Virus record (IMG/VR): IMGVR_UViG_3300017469_000039
Location: 1 to 9,368 of that record
DNA length: 9,368 nucleotides
Direction: 5' to 3' (one strand)
Below are positions 1 through 7,355 of the stretch, piece by piece; positions within the stretch are counted from its first letter, which is position 1; each line of letters starts with the position of its first letter. Under the pieces are notes generated by a model that saw only the letters and a list, made by a program, of their open reading frames with translations, made no database searches and was not told the DNA's origin. Position numbers and translations under genes: made by a program.

Positions 1-63
1 TTCGGAAGGAGAGAAAAAAAGATAAAATTGTCAAAAGAGAAAAAGAATTCAGAGGAGAGAAAT

Positions 64-534
64 ATGAGTCAAATAGAAAAAATTCGAGAAATAGAAAATG
101 AATTAGAAAATATTAAACAGAGGTTAGATGAAATAAAATCAGAAATTGTAGAGTTAGAATATGAAGATGATGTAAAGAATTTATTTAAGTTGATAAGAAA
201 AATAACAAATGAAGAATTTAATTCTTTATTTTATTTAGAAGGTAGTAATGTGAAATATATAGCTAACCATCAAAGAATATCTGGATTTCCGAATTTAATT
301 GTCTATATTAACGGATTACAGCGTAAAATATATTGCTATCGATTTTATATAGTTGAAAATCATTTAATTAAAGTTAAATATTATGCAGAATATGATATTT
401 CAGATGATATAATTAGTATTTTGAAGAGGTTGCCAGAAACTCCGAAAATTGATGAGTATGCTACAGATTCAATTTTTAAATTGTATTGTTTATTAAAACA
501 AGGTTATACATTAAGTTTTATTAAGGAAAATTGA
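64..534 (+). CDS. Hypothetical viral protein with N-terminal coiled coil (~156 aa)
   Basis: Long ORF. ATG at 64 follows an SD-like GAGGAG (52-57) and is preferred to the TTG at 28. Heptad-like E/K/I/L-rich N-terminus (IEKIREIENELENIKQRLDEIKSEIVEL). A T-tract follows the stop. Confidence 0.8.
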   Translation: MSQIEKIREIENELENIKQRLDEIKSEIVELEYEDDVKNLFKLIRKITNEEFNSLFYLEGSNVKYIANHQRISGFPNLIVYINGLQRKIYCYRFYIVENHLIKVKYYAEYDISDDIISILKRLPETPKIDEYATDSIFKLYCLLKQGYTLSFIKEN

Positions 535-646
535 TTTTTTCTTCTGCTTTTGTTTTCTGTTTTTCTTATGCTGTAAATAATATTTCGTTTTTGCTATAGT
601 ATTTGAGAGTCTAAATTTAAAGAATTAGAATATAATATGATTTTAT

Positions 647-1078
647 CTAATGGCGTATGTATGCAATATAGAAATCTTGTAGTGAGTTAAAATGATTCGA
701 TATTTCGCTAATATAAATATTAAAATCTATGCACGGACTACATAAAATTTTCATTGCATCTTTAATTTTTAAATTATAAATGTACATTATGCTTGCTAAT
801 GTAAAAGTTACACTCCTATGAACTCTAGCGTTACAATGTATTAATGTTCTCTGTTGTTTTTCAAAATTATTTCTTGTCAATTCCGCAACTAATAATAAAT
901 CATCAATATCAATTGGCGTGAAATCTGAATATTTCAGCCAAAGTTTTGCGTTTAGATTATGAAGTTCTTTTGCAACATTTATTGTATAAAACTCATGTCC
1001 GTGTTCTAAAGCGTATTTTCCGTCGCTTTGCCAAATCATTTTCTTTGGGTCAGAGCGTAAAAATCCCATTTTTATCAT
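647..1078 (-). CDS. PTP/dual-specificity phosphatase superfamily protein (CX5R)
   Basis: P-loop TLIHCNARVHRS (HCx5RS, nt 812-838), an upstream candidate general-acid loop (YSDFTPI) and a following hydrophobic helix. Start is uncertain (ATG at 1078, 1069 or 1039). Confidence 0.8.
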   Translation of the reverse strand: MIKMGFLRSDPKKMIWQSDGKYALEHGHEFYTINVAKELHNLNAKLWLKYSDFTPIDIDDLLLVAELTRNNFEKQQRTLIHCNARVHRSVTFTLASIMYIYNLKIKDAMKILCSPCIDFNIYISEISNHFNSLQDFYIAYIRH

Positions 1079-1156
1079 GTAATTTATAAGCTTTTTTCTG
1101 TTTTATTAGCTTATTATTTATGACATTTTAGAAAGATAGAGAGATAGAAGTTTAGA

Positions 1157-1170
1157 GAAAATTTTAAATA
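1157..1170 (+). promoter_or_regulatory. Strong archaeal BRE-TATA promoter GAAAATTTTAAATA
   Basis: Purine-rich BRE plus TTTAAATA upstream of the 1206 ORF. Near-identical copies at 2152-2165 (-) and 8571-8584 (+). Confidence 0.75.
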
Positions 1171-1205
1171 CTAGTTTTGACATAGATTATAACGGTGATA
1201 TGAGA

Positions 1206-1604
1206 ATGAGTAAAGAAGAGAGTAATTCAAGTCAAGATATAAGTCAGTTAGATTTGACTCAACTAACATTAGAGGAAAAACGCGATTTGATTCTAAGAGC
1301 TATAAAAGAAGGCAAAGAGGAGTCAAAGTTCATTTTACTACTAAGTGAATGGAGCAGACCTGGGCCTTCGTTTGAAGATCGTGCAGAAGTAAAGATATTA
1401 TACGGTGAAGTAGAGAGAGTGCTAATGAACAGAGTTTACAATTATCCGACAACAAATGAATTCTTATATGCTTTTATCCCAAGGACAAGAACAGTCATTC
1501 TATTACGTAAGACTGCGGATGATTATGAAGGGGAATTGCAAGAACATGAGACATTATATGTATTTACGTATTCTCAAGGCTGGAAGTCAATAGATTTATA
1601 TTAA
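1206..1604 (+). CDS. Hypothetical acidic viral protein (~132 aa), probable early gene
   Basis: Clean ORF with its own promoter and a downstream T-rich tract. SD GGTGA (1194-1198) lies 7 nt before ATG 1206; an alternative ATG is at 1200. Confidence 0.8.
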   Translation: MSKEESNSSQDISQLDLTQLTLEEKRDLILRAIKEGKEESKFILLLSEWSRPGPSFEDRAEVKILYGEVERVLMNRVYNYPTTNEFLYAFIPRTRTVILLRKTADDYEGELQEHETLYVFTYSQGWKSIDLY

Positions 1605-1760
1605 GCTATTTTCTTTTTTATTTTGCTCTAATTTCTTAGCTTTCTAATTTTGTTATTTTTAATTCCCTAGTTTCATGTTTGTTTTTCTTTAAGAAAAAGA
1701 TGTAATTCTATTTGAGAGTTGAGAAAAATTAGACATAAAAAAATAAGTTTAACTTAAAGA

Positions 1761-2120
1761 TTAGAAGTATACAGCAAATAAAAATTGCTTGTTTTCTTTT
1801 ATGAATATCTCAAGTCTAGTTTCATTTTCTTCAATTGTAATTTCTTTTGCTTCAATAATTTTTCTATTTCCAAATCTTAGTACTATATTTAATATTTCTT
1901 TTTTCTCATTTTTTACAAAAATAATATCAAATGCAAATATCTTTTTTCTAATTAGAGCAAACCCTTTAATGCTTGTTATCGCTCTGCTGATTGCTAATAT
2001 TTCTGGTGTCTCATCAAGCTCAAAATATGTTGTTAAAAGTTCTGCAATTTGATTCTTTGTGACTTGTCTAACTATATATCTAACGTTTTCCTTCCACTTA
2101 TCGACTTCTTTTTGAGACAT
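1761..2120 (-). CDS. Hypothetical viral protein (~119 aa), probable early gene
   Basis: ORF with K/E/I-rich viral composition. ATG at 2120 (MSQKEV) follows a GTGAG SD-like motif. Own promoter at 2152-2165. Confidence 0.75.
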   Translation of the reverse strand: MSQKEVDKWKENVRYIVRQVTKNQIAELLTTYFELDETPEILAISRAITSIKGFALIRKKIFAFDIIFVKNEKKEILNIVLRFGNRKIIEAKEITIEENETRLEIFIKENKQFLFAVYF

Positions 2121-2151
2121 TTTTCTCACACTTATATTTTAGAGATTTAGA

Positions 2152-2165
2152 TATTTAAATCTTTC
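2152..2165 (-). promoter_or_regulatory. Strong BRE-TATA promoter GAAAGATTTAAATA
   Basis: Reverse complement of TATTTAAATCTTTC, directly after the cas4 stop and 31 nt before ATG 2120. Confidence 0.72.
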
Positions 2166-2166
2166 T

Positions 2167-2790
2167 CTAGAACAATTTGCCGTAACAATAGTTAATAAAT
2201 TCGCAATTTGTGCAGAATTTGTTATTCATTCCTGGGACTTTTTTATAATCAGTTTGACTTAAATATTCTTTCATTTTCTTTATCCATTCAATTGCTTTCT
2301 TGGCATAAACTTCTAAGAGAACATCATCAATTTTCAATTGTTTAACTTCTTTAGTTGTCCTATTTAGATAAATGATGTATACATTGTCAATTTTGTAATT
2401 TTGCTTCTTTAAGAGATAGTAGTAAATTGCAACTTGATACAAGTGATATTCTTTAACTTGAAAAATTTCGTGACTTATAGTTTTTAATTCAATCAAATCA
2501 TTCCCGCAAATTAAATCAATTCTTGCAGATATTTTCATTCCTTCAATTTCATCATTTATTACTACTTCATTCTTACAATTCAATTTTTCAACTAGATAGC
2601 TTTCAATATGATAATGATATTGTACTCCTAAGTCCATATAAAATTCATTAATTTTTTTCTGGAAAGTGACTTTTCTAGAAAGATAGCTTCTTCTGAAACA
2701 AATTCCGATTTCGGACGGGAATATTGTGTCTTCTGGATATTTTACATTAAAACTTTCCTTAATTATATCTTCATAATTCATATATATCAC
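2167..2790 (-). CDS. cas4: Cas4-like Fe-S RecB-family exonuclease (SIRV2 gp19-like), not CRISPR-associated here
   Basis: PSEIGIC (first Cys), RIDLI / IELKT nuclease motifs, YQVAIY and C-terminal [10 protein letters not shown] (three Cys). The GTG start overlaps the ATPase stop; an alternative ATG is at 2781. Confidence 0.93.
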   Translation of the reverse strand: MIYMNYEDIIKESFNVKYPEDTIFPSEIGICFRRSYLSRKVTFQKKINEFYMDLGVQYHYHIESYLVEKLNCKNEVVINDEIEGMKISARIDLICGNDLIELKTISHEIFQVKEYHLYQVAIYYYLLKKQNYKIDNVYIIYLNRTTKEVKQLKIDDVLLEVYAKKAIEWIKKMKEYLSQTDYKKVPGMNNKFCTNCEFINYCYGKLF

Positions 2791-4103
2791 TCTGATAAAT
2801 TGAAATATCTCATTAATAATGATATCTGTTTACAAATTTCCTCACTTGACCTTTGACCGATTCTGATATCTATCCCGAGAGCTTGCAGTAAAATCTGAAT
2901 ATCTATAGCTTGTTCTTGTCTCCTAGATTGCAGATTATCACAATTTATATAATTTGTAGTTTTGTTAATTTTGTCTTGAATTAGTTCAACTAAAGCTCTA
3001 AGAATTGAAGGATATAAGACTCTTGCGTTAATGATTTGGTCGTAAGTTTTTTTAAGTGCAATTTGAATAATATGAATTCTATCTAAAATTGCCGGAGTAA
3101 ATATTTCATAATTTTGTAGATAGTCTTCTACGTCCGGAGTTGCTAATCTGTTAATTGTGTAAGAGTAAGGGTTTCCGGCGTAAATTATTGGCAAACATTT
3201 TTGAATAATTGCAGATTTTGATTCTGTACCGCTTCCTCTTGTCCAAATACAATTTTCAATTCCAGTACTTAGAGTTGAATTTATAGCGTTCAAGTTATTT
3301 TTTGATAAATTATCTTTCCAAGTTTGAATTTCATCAAATATTAAGCCGTTTGATAGAAATACTGCACCATACATATTATTACGGGCATCATAAACTAAAT
3401 TCGCATAAGTTGGGGCTTCTGTATAGTATCTGAAATTGAAGACTTCTTGGAGAATCATAAATGTTGTAGTTTTTCCAGTACCTCTGTTAGAAATTTCAAT
3501 ATAGTTAATTTGACGTTTTGTAATCGGGGATTTAAAAAGCGGGAATAATCTCGGCAAGAAGAGGAAAATGTCATTTACGTCCATTTTAGTCGGGTCATAT
3601 CCGAAAGCTTGCAGTAGTAGAGCGTATAATTGATGTTCATTTTCTGCAAGTTCAAAGAGTTCTTTTGCAATTTCATAATTATTTGGCGGTTCAATGGAAT
3701 AAATATCATTTATATACCAGCTATCTGTTCCTTTTCTAATTTTGACTAACATATAAGAAGAAATTAAATTATAGAAATCTTCTGGATTATTTGCAATTAA
3801 ATGCGGATCAAATTCTGCAGAAAATCCGTTTTGAAATCTTGCAAGTACTTGATTATCTTTTACTTTAAAGTTAGTAATCTTTGAGATAAATTTTACTTCA
3901 TCATTAAATAGCAAGTATGATTGGAAATATTGATTATCAATTCCGCGTTTGTAAGCCTTCAGAATTTCAATTCTTTTTCTTTCTTCAATTTGTTTTTCTC
4001 CTAGTATGATGTTCAGTATACGCTCCGTATCTCGTGGGTTGTAATAAAAAGAGTGGGCTATCTCTTTCTGGAGAAAAGAAGGCTTACTTTCGTTTTGAGA
4101 CAT
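2787..4103 (-). CDS. AAA+ ATPase, Lon/BrxL/MCM-related (SIRV2 gp18-like)
   Basis: Walker A variant SNRGTGKTT, Walker B LIFDE, sensor-like YAGN and Arg finger-like ILDRI. Lies between SSB and Cas4 as in rudiviruses. Confidence 0.88.
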   Translation of the reverse strand: MSQNESKPSFLQKEIAHSFYYNPRDTERILNIILGEKQIEERKRIEILKAYKRGIDNQYFQSYLLFNDEVKFISKITNFKVKDNQVLARFQNGFSAEFDPHLIANNPEDFYNLISSYMLVKIRKGTDSWYINDIYSIEPPNNYEIAKELFELAENEHQLYALLLQAFGYDPTKMDVNDIFLFLPRLFPLFKSPITKRQINYIEISNRGTGKTTTFMILQEVFNFRYYTEAPTYANLVYDARNNMYGAVFLSNGLIFDEIQTWKDNLSKNNLNAINSTLSTGIENCIWTRGSGTESKSAIIQKCLPIIYAGNPYSYTINRLATPDVEDYLQNYEIFTPAILDRIHIIQIALKKTYDQIINARVLYPSILRALVELIQDKINKTTNYINCDNLQSRRQEQAIDIQILLQALGIDIRIGQRSSEEICKQISLLMRYFNLSE

Positions 4104-4104
4104 G

Positions 4105-4112
4105 AAAAAAAA
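4105..4112 (-). terminator. Putative oligo(T)8 internal terminator/attenuator between SSB and ATPase genes
   Basis: T8 on the minus strand, ending 1 nt before the ATPase ATG. Archaeal intrinsic terminators are oligo(T) tracts. Confidence 0.4.
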
Positions 4113-4129
4113 GTTACGGTTTGACTTTT

Positions 4130-4516
4130 TTAAAATTCATCTTCTACGTTCTTTTTCTGTTGTTTCTTGGACTGTTGATGTTGTTCTTCTTCTAAGTCTA
4201 GTTCTTCTTCTTGTACTGAATTGCTATTCCTTCCAGTAAATTTTACATACTCATTTAGCAAATCAGCATATTTTGATAAGAATTCGCTGATTATTTTTAA
4301 ATCTTCTGCATCATTAGCAGTTATTCCGATTTGCTTTCTAAAGTTGTTCTGGCTATGGATAGTCATTGAATATCTTACAGAATTTCCATTTGGAATAGCG
4401 TTTAATTGAACTACTAGTCTCTTTATTCCTTTAATTTTCAATACTCTGGAAGCTATTTTATTATTTTGTTTCGCTTGACTTCCTAACTCTTCTATTATTT
4501 CTTTAAGGCTTGCCAT
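4130..4516 (-). CDS. Rudiviral single-stranded DNA-binding protein (SIRV ORF131/gp17-like, ~128 aa)
   Basis: MASLKEIIEELG...KIKGIKRLVVQLNA...RYSMTIHSQNNFRKQIGIT matches my recollection of SIRV ORF131. Acidic disordered tail ends EDEF. The ATG at 4516 fits a leaderless promoter, whereas the ORF-track TTG at 4540 lies within the promoter. Confidence 0.88.
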   Translation of the reverse strand: MASLKEIIEELGSQAKQNNKIASRVLKIKGIKRLVVQLNAIPNGNSVRYSMTIHSQNNFRKQIGITANDAEDLKIISEFLSKYADLLNEYVKFTGRNSNSVQEEELDLEEEQHQQSKKQQKKNVEDEF

Positions 4517-4532
4517 TAAGATAGTTAAAGAG

Positions 4533-4548
4533 TTTGACAAATATAAAA
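4533..4548 (-). promoter_or_regulatory. TATA+GTC promoter of the SSB-ATPase-Cas4 operon
   Basis: Minus strand TTTTATATTTGTCAAA, with GTC 19 nt before the ATG. Confidence 0.65.
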
Positions 4549-4610
4549 TTATAGAGTTGTAGAGTTAGGAATCTAAAAAATACAAAGATAAAAGTTAGAG
4601 AAAAAAAGAT

Positions 4611-4880
4611 TTAACTTAGTTGAAATATTATATTTCTAATTAGAGTTGATATCGGCATTTTATACTTTTTTGCAAGCTCTTCTAGTTTTTCATAGTAAAG
4701 TTCATCAACAGTTAGCGATACTCTTTCGCTATATATTTCTAAGTCTTCAATTCTTCTAATTTCTATATTTTTTTGAATTATTTCATCAATAATTTGTAGA
4801 ATTTTGTCCTTATTTTCATTAAAAAATTCTAGTTTACTTTTCGGAAGTCTTATGATTATATGTTTTTTGATGCTTTTCAT
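4611..4880 (-). CDS. Ribbon-helix-helix DNA-binding protein, probably tandem RHH
   Basis: C-terminal RVSLTVDELYYEKLEELAKKYKMPISTLIRNII is a typical CopG-like RHH. N-terminal HIIIRLPKSKLEFF...ILQIIDEII looks like a second, degenerate RHH. Confidence 0.75.
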   Translation of the reverse strand: MKSIKKHIIIRLPKSKLEFFNENKDKILQIIDEIIQKNIEIRRIEDLEIYSERVSLTVDELYYEKLEELAKKYKMPISTLIRNIIFQLS

Positions 4881-4919
4881 TATGTAGAGTCTTTGCGTTA
4901 AAATTTTTAAAGATTTCGA

Positions 4920-4936
4920 GAAATTTTTTAAATGTC
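4920..4936 (+). promoter_or_regulatory. BRE-TATA+GTC promoter of rep, back-to-back with the RHH gene promoter
   Basis: GAAATTTTTTAAATGTC, with GTC 18 nt before ATG 4955. Confidence 0.65.
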
Positions 4937-4954
4937 ACTTTTGCGATTTCAATT

Positions 4955-5311
4955 ATGAATTATGAAAAACTTTTAAGTTTCCACTTATCCTCTGCTTTTA
5001 CATATTTTGTTACAATTGCAACAAATTATAGATTTTATTCAACTACTCCGATTTATAAAAAATTTCGACAATATATTTATAATTTTGATAGGACTGCTCA
5101 TGTTTTCTCTGTTAAAGAAGTTACGCGAAATTCTAAAGGGTTGCATTATCATGTTCTAGTATTTCTTAACAGAAGATTAGACTATTCCGAAGTTCATGGG
5201 CATGTAGGTCTGCATGCAGACATTCGGATAGAAATTGTCCCGAAGACAAAGAGTGATTTTGAAAGAGTTTTTGCTTATATGTTAAAGCAGAATTCAAGAC
5301 TTTTTCCCTAA
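4955..5311 (+). CDS. rep: HUH-superfamily Rep / nicking-joining endonuclease (SIRV ORF119/gp16-like)
   Basis: Motif 1 YFVTIAT, HUH motif GLHYHVLVF, motif 3 YMLK (YxxK). 118 aa, near the SSB operon. Confidence 0.9.
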   Translation: MNYEKLLSFHLSSAFTYFVTIATNYRFYSTTPIYKKFRQYIYNFDRTAHVFSVKEVTRNSKGLHYHVLVFLNRRLDYSEVHGHVGLHADIRIEIVPKTKSDFERVFAYMLKQNSRLFP

Positions 5312-5476
5312 GTGATATCCGCCATGAATTAATAATGTTGAGAGTAAAATATATAGAATATTCATATAATTTTGACATTTGAATAATTCTGGATTTACAA
5401 CTGCTAAGAATAGAAAAACTGCAAATAGTACACTATGAACTAGAAAAGCTATAATATTGAGAGTTTCATTATTCAT
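5294..5476 (-). CDS. Small two-TM membrane protein (60 aa)
   Basis: Two hydrophobic segments (IIAFLVHSVLFAVFLFLAVV; ILYILLSTLLI) and a basic C-terminus. Fills the gap between rep and the 230-aa gene, with an 18-nt convergent overlap with rep. Confidence 0.65.
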   Translation of the reverse strand: MNNETLNIIAFLVHSVLFAVFLFLAVVNPELFKCQNYMNILYILLSTLLIHGGYHLGKKS

Positions 5477-5513
5477 GCTAAGTTTATTAAAGTTAAAGTG
5501 ATAAAAAAATATT

Positions 5514-6206
5514 ATGCAGAATCAGACATTAGAAAAATTGAGAAAAAATTCTAAATTTCTAGTTGAAAATTTTGAAGAAACAGAGCTAACAAAATTGAGC
5601 AAGCTTGAACAAGATTTAGGATACGGCGTAATTTGGCAAAATTTTGATGAAAATACTGGTTGCTTAAATTGGGTAATTTATAATAATAGCGGAATTGATA
5701 GAGAATTTGTATTAGTTAGAGGGACTCCGGAAGTCCCGCCTTACGCGTTTTTGAATTTCTATACAGAAGTATACAAAGCATTCGGAATTATTAAATTCGT
5801 AACTAATGAAAATAAGTATTATAATTATCCTTATAGGGTTGCTTTAGTTCGAGATGCTGACAACAACTTAAATTATGCCGGCGTTTTTTATGTCCCGGCG
5901 TTTAAGAAGCTTGTCTTAGAAGAATGTGGGTTCTCAGCACCGAACAATTTGCCGAATTACTACAGAGTATTTTTAGCTTTTCCGAGACAAACGCATGAAT
6001 ATTTTGTTGAATATAACCCGCTTGAAGTTGCACTTTATACAATGGAGACTGGAATTCCAGTATTTAATGCCCCGTTTCTGATATACTTACAAGAAGTTGA
6101 GAAATATATAGTTGATAACAGTGTTCCGTTTGCAAATAGTAGAGAATTTACAGAAGCAACTTGGCTAAAAAAGTCAATTTATAAATATTTAGGGATTTTA
6201 AAATGA
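5514..6206 (+). CDS. Hypothetical aromatic/beta-rich protein (230 aa)
   Basis: Long ORF with TATA TTTATTAA (5483-5490) 23 nt upstream (leaderless spacing). C-terminal amphipathic WLKKSIYKYLGILK. No catalytic motif recognised. Confidence 0.82.
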   Translation: MQNQTLEKLRKNSKFLVENFEETELTKLSKLEQDLGYGVIWQNFDENTGCLNWVIYNNSGIDREFVLVRGTPEVPPYAFLNFYTEVYKAFGIIKFVTNENKYYNYPYRVALVRDADNNLNYAGVFYVPAFKKLVLEECGFSAPNNLPNYYRVFLAFPRQTHEYFVEYNPLEVALYTMETGIPVFNAPFLIYLQEVEKYIVDNSVPFANSREFTEATWLKKSIYKYLGILK

Positions 6207-6769
6207 TAAGTAGATATTTATTTTTTAAAACATTGCTAATTGTTATTTTTTCAATTACTTACGCGTTTGTAGAAGTGAGGACGCCGTTCTATCTCTACAT
6301 TAATCCCTACATTTATCGCGTAATTTATTTCATTTTCTTTTTTGTAATTTCATTAGTTCCGAGTGTAACTCTAACATTTTCACTTTTCCTCTATAGCATG
6401 ACATTAGAAGATGTATTTTATTGGATTCTTGATAACACTTTGCCTTTCAATTACGCGTGGTATTATCCCGTTTATTATCATATTCCGATTGATGATATTG
6501 CTGAAGCTGTAGTTGCAACTGTTTTACTAAAGTTTTCAAACTCTAATTTCAGAACTCTGAAGTTCTATAATTCAGAATCTTGCAATATGTGGTATTATTT
6601 TACTCACGGAAGAACTCACGATTTATACGGCTTGCTAATTCTGATATTGTTGAATATCATCTTGTACTTTGCAACTAATATTTCTCTAGTTAAGTTTATT
6701 GCAATTGCAGATATTGTGGTCTCTACGGGAATATTTGTAGATTTATGGAGTCACTGCTTTCATCATTAG
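6203..6769 (+). CDS. Multi-pass membrane protein (188 aa) with EDxxYW motif and His-rich C-terminal module
   Basis: About 5-6 hydrophobic segments. Motifs TLEDVFYW, THGRTHD and VDLWSHCFHH. A 4-nt ATGA overlap with the upstream stop suggests translational coupling. Confidence 0.8.
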   Translation: MISRYLFFKTLLIVIFSITYAFVEVRTPFYLYINPYIYRVIYFIFFFVISLVPSVTLTFSLFLYSMTLEDVFYWILDNTLPFNYAWYYPVYYHIPIDDIAEAVVATVLLKFSNSNFRTLKFYNSESCNMWYYFTHGRTHDLYGLLILILLNIILYFATNISLVKFIAIADIVVSTGIFVDLWSHCFHH

Positions 6770-6771
6770 AT

Positions 6772-6788
6772 ACTTATTTATTTGTCAA
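6772..6788 (+). promoter_or_regulatory. TATA+GTC promoter of the svtR-like gene
   Basis: ACTTATTTATTTGTCAA, plus an SD-like GAGAGG before ATG 6815. Confidence 0.55.
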
Positions 6789-6814
6789 TTTCATTTTTTA
6801 AAAATTGAGAGGAA

Positions 6815-6961
6815 ATGTCAGAAGAAAAGGTAAGTTTCGGGATAGTAATTTCAAGAGAGTTGAAAACTAGACTGAAAATGTATTGTGCTAAAAATGATAA
6901 GAAAATAAAAGATGCTATTTCTGAAGCTCTTGATGAGTACTTGAGAAAAAGGGGCTTCTAA
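6815..6961 (+). CDS. svtR: SvtR-like ribbon-helix-helix transcriptional repressor (48 aa; absent from ORF track)
   Basis: Manual translation gives MSEEKVSFGIVISRELKTRLKMYCAKNDKKIKDAISEALDEYLRKRGF. It has the RHH pattern, and FGI / LKTRLKxYCAKN match my recollection of SIRV1 SvtR (ORF56b). Confidence 0.88.
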   Translation: MSEEKVSFGIVISRELKTRLKMYCAKNDKKIKDAISEALDEYLRKRGF

Positions 6962-7152
6962 TCCCCGTAAGATACTTCTATTTTTTTAACTCCGATAAAT
7001 TTTTTATGACAATTTGGACATTCATAATTTATTGATTTTAGAAGTTCAGCATTTGAATACAACTTTATACTTAGTAAATCATAACTTCTTGCATCTAAAA
7101 GTGTATATCCGCAATATCCGCATTTATAAATTACATGAACTCCTTTTTTCAT
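6958..7152 (-). CDS. Zinc-ribbon protein (64 aa)
   Basis: Two CxxC knuckles (YKCGYCG, YECPNCH) and a leaderless TATA+GTC promoter. Confidence 0.8.
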   Translation of the reverse strand: MKKGVHVIYKCGYCGYTLLDARSYDLLSIKLYSNAELLKSINYECPNCHKKFIGVKKIEVSYGD

Positions 7153-7168
7153 AATTCAAAAGCTTTGC

Positions 7169-7183
7169 TTGACAAATTTAAGA
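7169..7183 (-). promoter_or_regulatory. TATA+GTC promoter of the zinc-ribbon gene
   Basis: Minus strand TCTTAAATTTGTCAA, with GTC 18 nt before the ATG. Confidence 0.6.
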
Positions 7184-7355
7184 CTATTCTACGCTCTGCA
7201 GATATTCAAAATATTCATTATAAGCAATTTGTTGATTTGAGACTTCTGCAAACTCTAAGCTATATTTATCATATTTCGAATATTGTTTGACTTGTTCTAC
7301 TATAGAGAGAAATAGATAAATTTTTAAATGATAAAAGCGAATTATATAGATAGTG

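Noticed and set aside
21-36. Sixth GTC-type promoter (ATTGTCAAA) before the first ORF
   Set aside because: No convincing TATA box upstream, and the context is truncated by the window edge.
1682-1698. Inverted repeat TTTTTCTT-T-AAGAAAAA
   Set aside because: Low complexity; explained by opposing T-tract terminators of convergent genes.
1789-2052. 87-aa plus-strand hydrophobic ORF
   Set aside because: Antisense shadow of the K/E-rich 1761-2120 gene; F/S/I bias is typical of such shadows and no promoter is evident.
2167-2790. CRISPR-Cas locus or mini-array suggested by cas4
   Set aside because: No repeat-spacer array or other cas genes seen; solo Cas4 is a normal rudiviral gene.
4221-4409. 62-aa plus-strand ORF
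   Set aside because: Entirely antisense to the SSB gene.
4955-5311. IS200/IS605 TnpA or plasmid Rep mobile element
   Set aside because: No tnpB or terminal hairpins seen; size and context fit the rudiviral Rep.
5166-5378. 70-aa minus-strand ORF
   Set aside because: Overlaps rep in antisense and the 60-aa gene in another frame; no motif or expression signals.
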